From assembly GCF_009914755.1 (NCBI RefSeq), contig NC_060937.1: a stretch of DNA of 64,000 bases, one strand, 5' to 3'. This stretch comes from the human T2T-CHM13v2.0 reference genome, Homo sapiens. Shown piece after piece: positions 18,001-34,460 of the stretch (the first letter of the stretch is position 1; each line of letters begins with the position of its first letter). The position numbers were made by a program, and so were the translations under genes. The notes beneath the pieces are model-generated. The model was given only the letters and a program-made list of their open reading frames with translations. It was not told where the DNA came from and ran no database searches.

Positions 18001-21000
18001 CAAAGTACCCAAAGTATACATTATATACTGTACATAAAATATGAAATTACATCAAATATATATTACATTAGGTACATAAAATATGAAAGTACATCAAATA
18101 TAGATTATATACTGTACATAAAATATCAAAGTACCCCAAATATATATTATATACTGTACATGAAATATCAAAGTTCACAAACTATATATTATATACTGTA
18201 CATAAAATATCAAAGTACCCAAGGTATATATTCTATACTGTACAAAATATATCAAAGTACCCAAAGCATGTATTATATACTGTACATAAAATATGAAAGT
18301 ACATCAAATAAATAGTTTATTCTGTACATAAAATATCAAAGTACACCAAATATATATTCTATAGTGTACATAAAATATCAAAGTACCCAAACTATACATT
18401 ATAAACTGTAGATAAAATATGAAATTACATCAAATATATACTATATTATGTACATAAAATATGAAAGTACATCAAATATAGATTATATACTGTACATAAA
18501 ATACCAAAGTACCCCAAATAAATATTTTATACTGTACATGCAATATCAAAGTTCACAAACTATATATTATATACTGTACATAAAATATCAAAGTACACCA
18601 AATATATATTCTATATTGTACATAAAATATCAAAGTACCCAAACTATACATTATATACTGTACATAAAATATGAAATTATATCAAATATATATTTAGATA
18701 TGTACATAAAATATGAAAGTACATCAAATATAAATTATATACTGTACATAAAATACCAAAGAACCCCAAATATATATTATATACTATACATGAAATATCA
18801 AAGTTCACAAACTATATATTATATACTGTATATAAAATATCAAAGTACCCAAGGTATATATTCTGTACTGTATAAAAAATATCAAAGTACCCAAAGCATG
18901 TATTATATACTGTTCATAAAATATGAAAGTACATCAAATATATATTTTATTCTGTACATAAAATATCAAAGTACACCAAATATATATTCTATAGTGTACA
19001 TAAAATATCAAAGTACCTAAACTATACATTATATACTGTACATAAAATATGAAATTACATCAAATATATATTATATTAGGTACATAAAATATGAAAGTAC
19101 ATCAAATATAGATTATATACAGTACATAAAATACCAAAGTACCCCAAATATATATTATATACTGTACATGCAATATCAAAGTTCACAAACTATATATCAT
19201 ATACTGTACATAAAATATCAAAGTACCGAAGGTATATATTCTATACTGTACAAAAAATATCAAAGTACGCAAAGCATGTATTATATACTGTACATAAAAT
19301 ATGAAAGTACATCAAATATATATTTTATTCTGTACATAAAATATCAAAGTACACCAAATATATATTCTATAGTGTACATAAAATATCAAAGTACCCAAAC
19401 CATACATTATATACTGTACATAAAATATGAAATTACATCAAATATATATTATAATAGGTACATAAAATATGAAAGTACATCAAATATAAATTATATACTG
19501 TACATAAAATACCAAAGAACCCCATATATATATTATATACTGTACATGAAATATCAAAGTTCACAAACTATATATTATATACTGTATATAAAATATAAAA
19601 GTACCCAAGGTATATATTCTATACTGTACAAAAAATATCAAAGTACCCAAAGCATGTATTATATACTGTTCATAAAATATGAAAGTACATCAAATATATA
19701 TTTTATTCTGTACATAAAATATCAAAGTACACCAAATATATATTCTATAGTGTACATTAAATATCAAAGTACCCAAACTATACATTATATACTGTACATA
19801 AAATATGAAATTACATCAAATATATATTTTATTAGGTACATAAAATATGAAAGTACATCAAATATAGATTATACACTGTACATAAAATACCAAAGTACCC
19901 CAAATACATATTATATACTGTACATGAAATATCAAACTTCACAAACTATATATTATATACTGTACATAAAATATCAAAGTACCGAAAATATATATTCTAT
20001 ACTGTACAAAAATATCAAAGTACCCAAAGCATGTATTATATACTGTACATAAAATATGAAAGTACATCAAATATATATTTTATTCTATACATAAAATATC
20101 AAAGTACACCAAATATATATTCTATAGTGTACATAAAATATCAAAGTACCCAAACTATACATTACATACTGTACATAAAATATGAAATTACATCAAATAT
20201 ATATTATATTAGGTACATAAAATATGAAAATACATCAAATATAGATTATATACTGTACATAAAATACCAAAGTACCCCAAGTACATATTATATACTGTAC
20301 ATGAAATATCAAAGTTCACAAACTATATATTATATACTGTACATAAAATATCAAAGTACCCAAGGTATATATTCTATACTGTACAAAAAATATCAAAGTA
20401 CCCAAAGCAAGTATTATATACTGTACATAAAATATGAAAGTACATCAAATATATATTTTATTCTGTACATAAAGTATCAAAGTACACCAAATATATATTC
20501 TATAGTGTACATAAAATATCAAAGTACCCAAACTATACATTATATACTGTACATAAAATATGAAATTACATCAAATATATATTATATTAGGTACTTAAAA
20601 TATGAAAGTACATCAAATATAAATTATATACTGTACATAAAATACCAAAATACCCCAAATATATTTTATATACTGTACGTGCAATATCAAAGTTCACAAA
20701 CTATATATCATATACTGTACATAAAATATCAAAGTACCGAAGGTATATATTCTATAGTGTACAAAAAATATGAAAGTACGCAAAGCATGTATTATATACT
20801 GTACATAAAATATGAAAGTACATCAAATATATATTTTATTCTGTACATAAAACATCAAAGTACACCAAATATATATTCTATAGTGTACATAAAATATCAA
20901 AGTACCCAAACTATACATTATATACTGTAGATAAAATATGAAATTACATCAAATATATACTATATTATGTACATAAAATATGAAAGTACATCAAATATAG

Positions 21001-24000
21001 ATTATATACTGTACATAAAATACCAAAGTACCCCAAATATATATTTTATACTGTACATGCAATATCAAAGTTCACAAACTATATATTATATACTGTACAT
21101 AAAATATCAAAGTACCCAAGGTATATATTCTATACTGTATAAAAAATATCAAAGTACGCAAAGCATGTATTATATACTGTACATAAAATATGAAAGTACA
21201 TCAAATATATATTTTATTCTGTACATAAAATATCAAAGTACACCAAATATATATTCTATAGTGTACATAAAATATCAAAGTACCCAAACTATACATTATA
21301 TACTGTACATAAAATATGAAATTACATCAAATATATATTATATTAGGTACATAAAATATGAAAGTACATCAAATATAGATTATATACTGTACATAAAATA
21401 TCAAAGAACCCCAAATATATATTATATACTGTACATGAAATATCAAAGTTCACAAACTATATATTATATACTGTATATAAAATATCAAAGTACCCAAGGT
21501 ATATATTCTGTACTGTATAAAAAACATCAAAGTACCCAAAGCATGTATTATATACTGTTCATAAAATATGAAAGTACATCAAATATGTATTTTATTCTGT
21601 ACATAAAATATCAAAGTACACCAAATATATATTCTATAGGGTACATAAAATATCAAAGTACCCAAACTATACATTATATACTGTACATAAAATATGAAAT
21701 TACATCAAATATATATTATATTAGGTACATAAAATATGAAAGTACATCAAATATAGATTATATACTGTACATAAAATACCAAAGAACCCCAAATATATAT
21801 TATATACTGTACATGAAATATCAAACTTCACAAACTATATATTATATACTGTACATAAAATATCAAAGTACCCAAGGTATATTTTCTATACTGTACAAAA
21901 AATATCAAAGTACCCAAAACATGTATTATATACTGTTAATAAAATATGAAAGTACATCAAATATATATTTTATTCTGTACATAAAATATCAAAGTACACC
22001 AAATATATATTCTATAGTGTACATAAAATATCAAATTACCCAAACTATACATTATATACTGTACATAAAATATGAAATTACATCAAATATATATTATATT
22101 AGGTACATAAAATATGAAAGTACATCAAATATAAATTATATACTGTACATAAAATATCAAAGTACCTCAAATATATAGTATATACTGTACATGAAATATC
22201 AAAGTTCACAAGCTATATATTATATACTGCACATAAAATAGCAAAGTACCCAAGGTATATATTCTATACTGTACAAAAAATATAAAAGTACCCAAAACAT
22301 GTATTATATACTGTACATAAAATATGAAAGTACATCAAATATATATTTTATTCTGTACATAAAATATCAAAGTACACCAAATATATATTCTATAGTGTAC
22401 ATAAAATATCAAAGTACCCAAAGTATACATTATATACTGTACATAAAATATGAAATTACATCAAATATATATTACATTAGGTACATAAAATATGAAAGTA
22501 CATCAAATATAGATTATATACTGTACATAAAATATCAAAGTACCCCAAATATATATTATATACTGTACATGAAATATCAAAGTTCACAAACTATATATTA
22601 TATACTGTACATAAAATATCAAAGTACCCTAGGTATATATTCTATACTGTACAAAATATATCAAAGTACCCAAAGCATGTATTATATACTGTACATAAAA
22701 TATGAAAGTACATCAAATAAATAGTTTATTCTGTACATAAAATATCAAAGTACAACAAATATATATTCTATAGTGTACATAAAATATCAAAGTACCCAAA
22801 CTATACATTATAAACTGTAGATAAAATATGAAATTACATCAAATATATACTATATTATGTACATAAAATATGAAAGTACATCAAATATAGATTATATACT
22901 CTACATAAAATACCAAAGTACCCCAAATAAATATTTTATACTGTACATGCAATATCAAAGTTCACAAACTATATATTATATACTGTACATAAAATATCAA
23001 AGTACCGAAAATATATATTCTATACTGTACAAAAAATATCAAAGTACCCAAAGCATGTATTATATACTGTACATAAAATATGAAAGTACATCAAATATAT
23101 ATTTTATTCTGTACATAAAATATCAAAGTACACCAAATATATATTCTATAGTGTACATAAAATATCAAAGTACCCAAACTATACATTACATACTGTACAT
23201 AAAATATGAAATTACATCAAATATATATTATATTAGGTACATAAAATATGAAAGTACATCAAATATAAATTATATACAGTACATAAAATACCAAAGAACC
23301 CCAAATATATATTATATACTGTACATGAAATATCAAAGTTCACAAACTATATATTATATACTGTACATAAAATATCAAAGTACCCAAGGTATATATTCTA
23401 TACTCTACAAAAAATATCAAAGTACCCAAAGCATGTATTATATACTTTACATAAAATATGAAAGTACATCAAATATACATTTAATTCTGTACATAAAATA
23501 TCAAAGTACACCAAATATATATTCTTTAGAGTACATAAAATATCAAAGTACCCAAACTATACATTATATACTGTACATAAAATATGAAATTACATCAAAT
23601 ATATATTACATTAGGTACATAAAATATGAAAGTACATCAAATGTAGATTATATACGGTACATAAAATACCAAAGTACACCAAGTATATATTATATACTGT
23701 ACATGCAATATCAAAGTTCACAAACTATATATTATATACTGTACATAAAATATCAAAGTACCCAATGTATATATTCTATACTGTACAAAAAATATCAAAG
23801 TACCCAAAGCATGTATTATATACTGTACATAAAATATGAAAGTACATCAAATATATATTTTATTCTGTACATAAAATATCAAAGTACACTAAATATATAT
23901 TCTATAGTGTACATAAAATATCAAAGTACCCAAACTATACATTATATACTGTACATAAAATATGAAATTACATCAAATATATATTATATTAGGTACATAA

Positions 24001-27000
24001 AATATGAAAGTACATCAAATATAGATTATATACTGTACATAAAATACCAAAGTACCCCAAATACATATTATATACTGTACATGAAATATCAAAGTTCACA
24101 AACGATATATTATATACTGTACATAAAATATCAAAGTACCCAAGGTATATATTCTATACTGTACAAAAAATATCAAAGTACCCAAAGCATGTATTATATA
24201 CTCTTCATAAAATATGAAAGTACATCAAATATATATTTTATTCTGTACATAAAATATCAAAGTACACCAAATATATATTCTACAGTGTACATCAAATATC
24301 AAACTACCCAAACTATACATTATATACTGTACATAAAATGTGAAATTACATCAAATATATATTATATTAGGTACATAAAATATGAAATTACATCAAATAT
24401 ATATTATATACTCTACATAAAATACCAAAGTACCCCAAATACATATTATATACTGTACATGCAATATCCAAGTGCACAAACTATATATTATATACTGTAC
24501 ATAAAATATCAAAGTAACGAAGCTATATATTCTATACTGTACAAAAAATATCAAAGTACCCAAAGCATGTATTATATACTGTACATAAAATATTAAAGTA
24601 CATCAAATATATATTTTATTCTGTACATAAAATATCAAAGTACACCAAATATATATTCTATACTGTACATAAACTATCAAAGTACCCAAACTATACATTA
24701 TATACTGTACATAAAATATGAAATTACATCAAATATATATTATATTAGGTACATAAAATATGAAAGTACATCAAATATAGATTATATACTGTACATAAAA
24801 TACCAAAGTACCCCAAATACATATTATATACTGTACAAGAAATATCAAAGTTCATAAACTATATATTATATACTCTACATAAAATATCAAAGTACCCAAG
24901 GTATATATTCTATACTGTACAAAAATATCAAAGTACCCAAATCATGTATTATATACTGTACATACAATATGAAAGTACATCAAATATAGATTATATACTG
25001 TACATAAAATACCAAAGAACCGCAAATATATATTATATAGTGTACATGAAATATCAAAGTTCACAAACTATATATTATATACTGTACATAAAATATCAAA
25101 GTACCCAAGGTATATATTCTATACTGTACAAAAAGTATCAAAGTACCCAAAGCATGTATTATATACTGTACATAAAATAATAACGTACATCAAATATATA
25201 TTTTATTCTGTACATAAAATATCAAAGTACACTAAATATATATTCTATAGTGTACATAAAATATCAAAGTACCCAAACTATACATTATATACTGTACATA
25301 AAATATGAAATTACATCAAATATATATTATATTATGTACATAAAATATGAAAGTAAATCAAATATAAATTATATACTGTACATAAAATACCAAAGTAACC
25401 CAAATATATATTATATACTGTACATGCAATATCAAAGTTCACAAACTATATATCATATACTGTACATAAAATATCAAAGTACCGAAGGTATATATTCTAT
25501 ACTGTACAAAAAATATCAAAGTACCCAAAGCATGTATTATATACTGTACATAAAATATGAAATTACATCAAATATATATTTTATTCTGTACATAAAATAT
25601 CAAAGTACACAAAATATATATTCTATACTGTACATAAAATATCAAAGTACCCAAACTATACATTATATACTGTACATAAAATATGAAATTACATCAAATA
25701 TATATTATATTAGGTACATAAAATATGAAAGTACATCAAATATAAATTATATACTGTACATAAAATACCAAAGTACCCCAAATATATATTATATACTGTA
25801 CATGAAATATCAAAGTTCACAAACTATATATTATATACTGTACATAAAATATCAATGTGCCCAAGGTATATATTCTATACTGTACAAAAAATATCAAAGT
25901 ACCCAAAGCATGTATTATATACTGTTCATAAAATATGAAAGTACATCAAATATATATTTTATTCTGTACATAAAATATCAAAGTACACCAAATATATATT
26001 CTATAGTGTACATAAAATATCAAAGTACCCAAACCATACATTATATACTGTACATAAAATATGAAACTACATCAAATATATATTATAATAGGTACATAAA
26101 ATATGAAAGTACATCAAATATAAATTATATACTGCACATAAAATACCAAAGAACACCAAATATATATTATATACTGTACATGAAATATCAAAGTTCACAA
26201 ACTATATATTATATACTGTATATAAAATATCAAAATACCCAAGGTATATATTCTGTACTGTATAAAAAATATCAAAGTACCCAAAGCATGTATTATATAC
26301 TGTTCATAAAATATGAAAGTCCATCAAATATATATTTTTTTCCGTACATAAAATATCAAAGTACACCAAAAATATATTCTATAGTGTACATAAAATATCA
26401 AAGTACCCAAACCATACATTATATACTGTACATAAAATATGAAATTACATCAAATATATATTATATTAGGTACATAAAATATGAAAGTACCTCAAATATA
26501 GATTATATAGTGTACATAAAATACCAAAGTACCCCAAATATATATTATATACTGTACATGAAATATCAAAGTTCACAAACTATATATTATATACTGTATA
26601 TAAAATATCAAAGTACCCAAGGTATATATTCTGTACTGTATAAAAAATATCAAAGTACCCAAAGCATGTATTATATACTGTTCATAAAATATGAAAGTTC
26701 ATCAAATATATATTTTTTTCTGTACATAAAATATCAAAGTACACCAAATATATATTCTATAGTGTACATAAAATATCAAAGTACCCAAACTATACATTAT
26801 ATACTGTACATAAAATATGAAATTACGTCAAATATATATTATATTATGTACATAAAATATGAAAGTACATCAAATATAGATTATATACTGTACATAAAAT
26901 ACCAAAGTACACCAAATATATATTTTATACTGTACATGAAATATCAAAGTTCTCAAACTATGTATTATATACTGTAGATAAAATATCGAATTACCCAAGG

Positions 27001-27619
27001 TATGTATTCTATACTGTACAAAAAATATCAAAGTACCCAAAGCATGTATTATATACTGTACATAAAATATGAAATTACATCAAATATATATTATGTTATG
27101 TAGAGAAAATATGAAAATACATCAAATATAGATTATATACTGTACATAAAATACCAAAGTACCCCAAATATATATTTTATACTGTACATGAAATATCAAA
27201 GTTCACAAACTATATATTATATACTGTACATAAAATATCAAAGTACTCAAGTTATATATTCTATACTGTACAAAAAATATCAAAGTACCCAAAGCATATA
27301 TTATATACTGTACATAAAATATGAAAGTACATGAAATATATATTTTATTCTGTACATAAAATATCAAAGTACACCAAATATAAATTCTATAGTGTACATA
27401 AAATATCAAAGTACCCAAACTATACATTATATACTGTACATAAAATATGAAATTACATCAAATATATATTATATTAGTTACATAAAATATGAAAGTACAT
27501 CAAAAATAGATTATATACTGTACATAAAATACCAAAGTACCCCAAATATATATTTTATATTGTATATGAAATATCAAAGTTCACAAACTATATATTATAT
27601 ACTGTACATAAAATATCAA

Positions 27620-28600
27620 AGTACCCAAGGTATATATTCTATACTGTACAAATAATATCAAAGTACCCAAACATGTATTATATACTGTACATGAAATATG
27701 AAAGTACAGCAAATATATATTTTATTCTGTACATAAAATATCAAAGTACACCAAATATATATTCTATAGTGTACATAAAATATCAAAGTACCCAAACTAT
27801 ACCTTATATACTGTACATAAAATATGAAATTACATCAAATATATATTATATTAGGTACATAAAATATGAAAGTACATCAAATATAGATTATATACTGTAC
27901 ATAAAATACCAAAGTACCCCAAATATATATTTTATATTGTACATGAAATATCAAAGTTCACAAACTATATATTATATACTGTACATAAAATATCAAAGTA
28001 CCCAAGGTATATATTCTATACTGTACAAAAAATATCAAAGTACCCAAACATGTATTATATACTGTACATGAAATATGAAAGTACATCAAATATATATTTT
28101 ATTCTGTACATAAAATATCAAAGTACACCAAATATATATTCTATAGTGTACATAAAATATCAAAGTACCCAAACTATACCTTATATACTGTACATAAAAT
28201 ATGAAATTACATCAAATATATATTATATTAGGTACATAAAATATGAAAGTACATCAAATATAGATTATATATTGTACATAAAATACCAAAGTACCTCAAA
28301 TATATATTTTATACTGTACATGAAATATCAAAGTTAACAAAATATATATTATATACTGTACATAAAATATCAAAGTACCCAAGGTATATATTCTATACTG
28401 TACAAAAAATATCAAAGTACCCAAACATGTATTATATACTGTACATGAAATATGAAAGTACATCAAATATATATTTTATTCTGTACATAAAATATAAAAG
28501 TACACCAAATATATATTCTATAGTGTACATAAAATATAAAAGTACCCAAACTATACCTTATATACTGTACATAAAATATGAAATTACATCAAATATATAT
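27620..28600 (+). repeat. Local triplication of a 377-bp 9-mer variant
   Basis: CCCAAACATGTATTATATACTGTACATGAAATATGAA (1-bp deletion in C, plus ATG in D) occurs at ATG positions 27673, 28050 and 28427 (spacing 377). Each is followed by ATACCTTATA in F. Confidence 0.88.
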
Positions 28601-29929
28601 TATATTAGGTACATAAAATATGAAAGTACATCAAATATAGATTATATACTGTACATAAAATACCAAAGTACCCCAAATATATATTTTATACTGTACATGA
28701 AATATCAGAGTTCACAAACTATATATTATATACTGTACATAAAATATCAAAGTACTCAAGTTATATATTCTATACTGTACAAAAAATATCAAAGTACCCA
28801 AAGCATGTATTATATACTGTACATAAAATATGAAAGTACATGAAATATATATTTTATTGTGTACAAACAATATCAAAGTACACCAAATATATATTCTATA
28901 CTGTACATAAAATATCAAAGTACCCAAACTATACATTATATACTGTACATAAAATATGAAATTACATCAAATATATATTAGTTACATAAAATATGAAAGT
29001 ACATCAAATATAGATTATATACTGTACATAAAATACCAAAGTACCCCAAATAAATATTTTATACTGTACATGAAATATCAAAGTTCACAAACTATATATT
29101 ATATACTGCACATAAAATATCAAAGTACCCAAGGTATATATTCTATACTGTACAAAAATATCAAAGTACCCAAAGCATGTATTATATACTGTACATAAAA
29201 TATGAAAGTACATCAAATATATATTTTATTCTGTACATAAAATATCAAGGTACACCAAATATATATTCTATAGTGTACATAAATTATCAAAGTTCCCAAA
29301 CTATACATTATATCCTGTACATAAAATATGAAATTACATCAAATATATATTATATTAGGTACATAAAATATGAAAGTACATCAAATATAAATTATATACT
29401 GTACATAAAATATCAAAGTACCTCAAATATATATTATATACTGTACATGAAATATCAAAGTTCACAAACTATATATTATATACTGTACATAAAATATCAA
29501 AGTACCCAAGGTATATATTCTATACTGTACAAAAAATATAAAAGTACCCAAAACATGTATTATATAGTGTACATAAAATATGAAAGTACAAAAAAAATAT
29601 ATATTTTATTCTGTACATAAAATATCAAAGTACACCAAATATATATTCTATAGTGTACATAAAATATCAAAGTACCCAAACTATACATTATATACTGTAC
29701 ATAAAATATGAAATTACATCAAATATATATTACTTTAGGTACATAAAATATGAAAGTACATCAAATATAGATTATATACTGTACATAAAATATCAAAGTA
29801 CCCCAAATATATATTATATACTGTACATGAAATATCAAAGTTCACAAACTATATATTATATACTGTACATAAAATATCAAAGTACCCAAGGTATATATTC
29901 TATACTGTACAAAAAATATCAAAGTACCC

Positions 29930-32900
29930 AAAGCATGTATTATATACTGTACATAAAATATGAAAGTACATCAAATAAATATTTTATTCTGTACATAAAA
30001 TATCAAAGTACACCAAATATATATTCTATAGTGTACATAAAATATCAAAGTACCCAAACTATACATTATAAACTGTACATAAAATATGAAATTACATCAA
30101 ATATATACTATATTATGTACATAAAATATGAAAGTACATCAAATATAGATTATATACTGTACATGAAATACCAAAGTACCCCAAATAAATATTTTATACT
30201 GTACATGCAATATCAAAGTTCACAAACTATATATTATATACTGTACATAAAATATCAAAGTACCCAAGGTATATATTCTATACTGTACAAAAAATATCAA
30301 GGTACCCAAAGCATGTATTATATACTGTACATAAAATAAGAAAGTACATCAAATATATATTTTATTTTGTACATAAAATATCAAAGTACACCAAATATAT
30401 ATTCTATAGTGTACATAAAATATCAAAGTACCCAAACTATACATTATATACTGTACATAAAATATGAAATTACATCAAATATATATTATATTAGGTACAT
30501 AAAATAAGAAAATACATCAAATATAAATTATATACAGTACATAAAATACCAAAGTACCCCAAATATATATTATATACTGTACATGCAATATCAAAGTTCA
30601 CAAACTATATATCATATACTGTACATAAAATATCAAAGTACCGAAGGTATATATTCTATACTGTACAAAAAATATCAAAGTACGCAAAGCATGTATTATA
30701 TACTGTACATAAAATATGAAAGTACATCAAATATATATTTTATTCTGTACATAAAATATCAAAGTACACCAAATATATATTCTATAGTGTACATAAAATA
30801 TCAAAGTACCCAAACTATACATTATATACTGTACATAAAATATGAAACTACATCAAATATATATTATAATAGGTACATAAAATATGAAAGTACATCAAAT
30901 ATAAATTATATACTGCACATAAAATACCAAAGAACACCAAATATATATTATATACTGTACATGAAATATCAAAGTTCACAAACTATATATTATATACTGT
31001 ATATAAAATATCAAAGTACCCAAGGTATATATTCTGTACTGTATAAAAAATATCAAAGTACCCAAAGCATATATTATATACTGTTCATAAAATATGAAAG
31101 TTCATCAAATATATATTTTATTCTGTACATAAAATATTAAAGTACACCAAATATATATTCTATAGTGTACATAAAATATCAAAGTACCCAAACCATACAT
31201 TATATACTGTACATAAAATATGAAATTACATCAAATATATATTATATTAGGTACATAAAATATGAAAGTACATCAAATATTGATTATATAGTGTACATAA
31301 AATACCAAAGTATCCCAAATATATATTATATACAGTACATGAAATATCAAAGTTCACAAACTATATATTATATACTGTACATAAAATATCAAGGTACACA
31401 AGGAATATATTCTATACTCTACAAAAAATATCAAAGTACCCAAAGCATGTATTATATACGGTACATAAAATATGAAAGTACATCAAATATATAATTAATT
31501 CTGTACATAAAATATCAAAGTACACCAAATATATATTCTATAGTGTACATAAAATATCAAATTACCCAAACTATACATTATATACTGTACATAAAATATG
31601 AAATTACGTCAAATATATATTATATTATGTACATAAAATATGAAAGTACATCAAATATAGATTATATACTGTACATAAAATACCAAAGTACACCAAATAT
31701 ATATTTTATACTGTACATGAAATATCAAAGTTCACAAACTATGTATTATATACTGTAGATAAAATATCAAAGTACCCAAGGTATGTATTCTATACTGTAC
31801 AAAAAATATCAAAGTACCCAAAGCATGTATTATATACTGTACATACAATATGAAAGTACATCAAATATAGATTATATACTGTACATAAAATACCAAAGAA
31901 CCGCAAATATATATTATATACTGTACATGAAATATCAAAGTTCACAAACTATATATTATATACTGTACATAAAATAACAATGTGCCCAAGGTATATATTC
32001 TATACTGTACAAAAAATATCAAAGTACCCAAAGCATGTATTATATACTGTACATAAAATATGAAAGTACATCAAATATATATTTTATTCTGTACATAAAA
32101 TATCAAAGTACACCAAATATATATTCTATAGTGTACATAAAATATCAAAGTACCCAAACGATACATTATATACTGTACATAAAATATGAAATTACATCAA
32201 TTATATATTATATTAGGTACATAAAATATGAAAGTACATCAAATATAGATTGTATACTGTGCATAAAATACCAAAGTACCCCAAATACATATTATATACT
32301 GTACATGAAATATGAAAGTTCACAAACTATATATTATATACTGTACATAAAATATCAAAGTACCCAAGGTATATATTCTATACTGTACAAAAAATAACAA
32401 AGTACCCAAAGCATGTATTATATACTGTACATAAAATATGAAAGTACATCAAATAAATATTTTATCCTGTACATAAAATATCAAAGTACACCAAATATAT
32501 ATTCTATAGTGTACATAAAATATCAAAGTACCCAAACTATACATTATAAACTGTACATAAAATATGAAATTACATCAAATATATACTATATTATGTACAT
32601 AAAATATGAAAGTACATCAAATATAGATTATGTACTGTACATGAAATACCAAAGTACCCCAAATAAATATTTTATACTGTACATGCAATATCAAAGTTCA
32701 CAAACTATATATTATATACTGTACATAAAATATCAAAGTACCCAAGGTATATATTCTATACTGTACAAAAAATATCAAAGTACCCAAAGCATGTATTATA
32801 TACTGTACATAAAATAAGAAAGTACATCAAATATATATTTTATTTTGTACATAAAATATCAAAGTACACCAAATATATATTCTATAGTGTACATAAAATA

Positions 32901-34460
32901 TCAAAGTACCCAAACTATACATTATATACTGTACATAAAATATGAAATTACATCAAATATATATTATATTAGGTACATAAAATATGAAAGTACATCAAAT
33001 ATAAATTATATACAGTACATAAAATACCAAAGTACCACAAATATATATTATATACTCTACATGCAATATCAAAGTTCACAAACTATATATCATATACTGT
33101 ACATAAAATATCAAAGTACCCAAGGTATATATTCTCTACTGTACAAAAAATATCAAAGTACGCAAAGCATGTATTATATACTGTACATAAAATATGAAAG
33201 TACATCAAATATATATTTTATTCTGTACATAAAATATCAAAGTACACCAAATATATATTCTATAGTGTACATAAAATATCAAAGTACCCAAACTATACAT
33301 TATATACTGTACATAAAATATGAAACTACATCAAATATATATTATAATAGGTACATAAAATATGAAAGTACATCAAATATAAATTATATACTGTACATAA
33401 AATACCAAAGAACACCAAATATATATTATATACTGTACATGAAATATCAAAGTTCACAAACTATATATTATATACTGTATATAAAATATCAAAGTACCCA
33501 AGGTATATATTCTGTACTGTATAAAAAATATCAAAGTACCCAAAGCATGTATTATATACTGTTCATAAAATATGAAAGTTCATCAAATATATATTTTATT
33601 CTGTACATAAAATATCAAAGTACACCAAATATATATTCTATAGTGTACATAAAATATCAAAGTACCCAAACCATACGTTATATACTGTACATAAAATATG
33701 AAATTACATCAAATATATATTATATTAGGTACATAAAATATGAAAGTACATCAAATATAGATTATATAGTGTACATAAAATACCAAAGTACACCAAATAT
33801 ATATTTTATACTGTACATGAAATATCAAAGTTCACAAACTATATATCATATACTGTACATAAAATATCAAGATACCCAAGGTATATATTCTATACTCTAC
33901 AAAAAATATCAAAGTACCCAAAGCATGTATTATATACGGTACATAAAATATGAAAGTACATCTAATATATATTTAATTCTGTACATAAAATATCAAAGTA
34001 CACCAAATATATATTCTATAGTGTACATAAAATATCAAAGTACCCAAACTATACATTATATACTGTACATAAAATATGAAATTACGTCAAATATATATTA
34101 TATTATGTACATAAAATATGAAAGTACATCAAATATAGATTATATACTGTACATAAAATACCAAAGTACACCAAATATATATTTTATACTGTACATGAAA
34201 TATCAAAGTTCACAAACTATGTATTATATACTGTAGATAAAATATCAAAGTACCCAAGGTATGTATTCTATACTGTACAAAAAATATCAAAGTACCCAAA
34301 GCATGTATTATATACTGTACATACAATATGAAAGTACATCAAATATAGATTATATACTGTACATAAAATACCAAAGAACCGCAAATATATATTATATACT
34401 GTACATGAAATATCAAAGTTCACAAACTATATATTATATACTGTACATAAAATATCAAAT
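29930..34460 (+). repeat. ~2478-bp (59-monomer) tandem block duplication within the 9-mer domain
   Basis: Rare stops and starts repeat at offset 2478: 30339/32817, 31758/34236, 31783/34261. 2478 = 6x378 + 5x42, and includes a 5-mer deletion unit. Confidence 0.85.
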
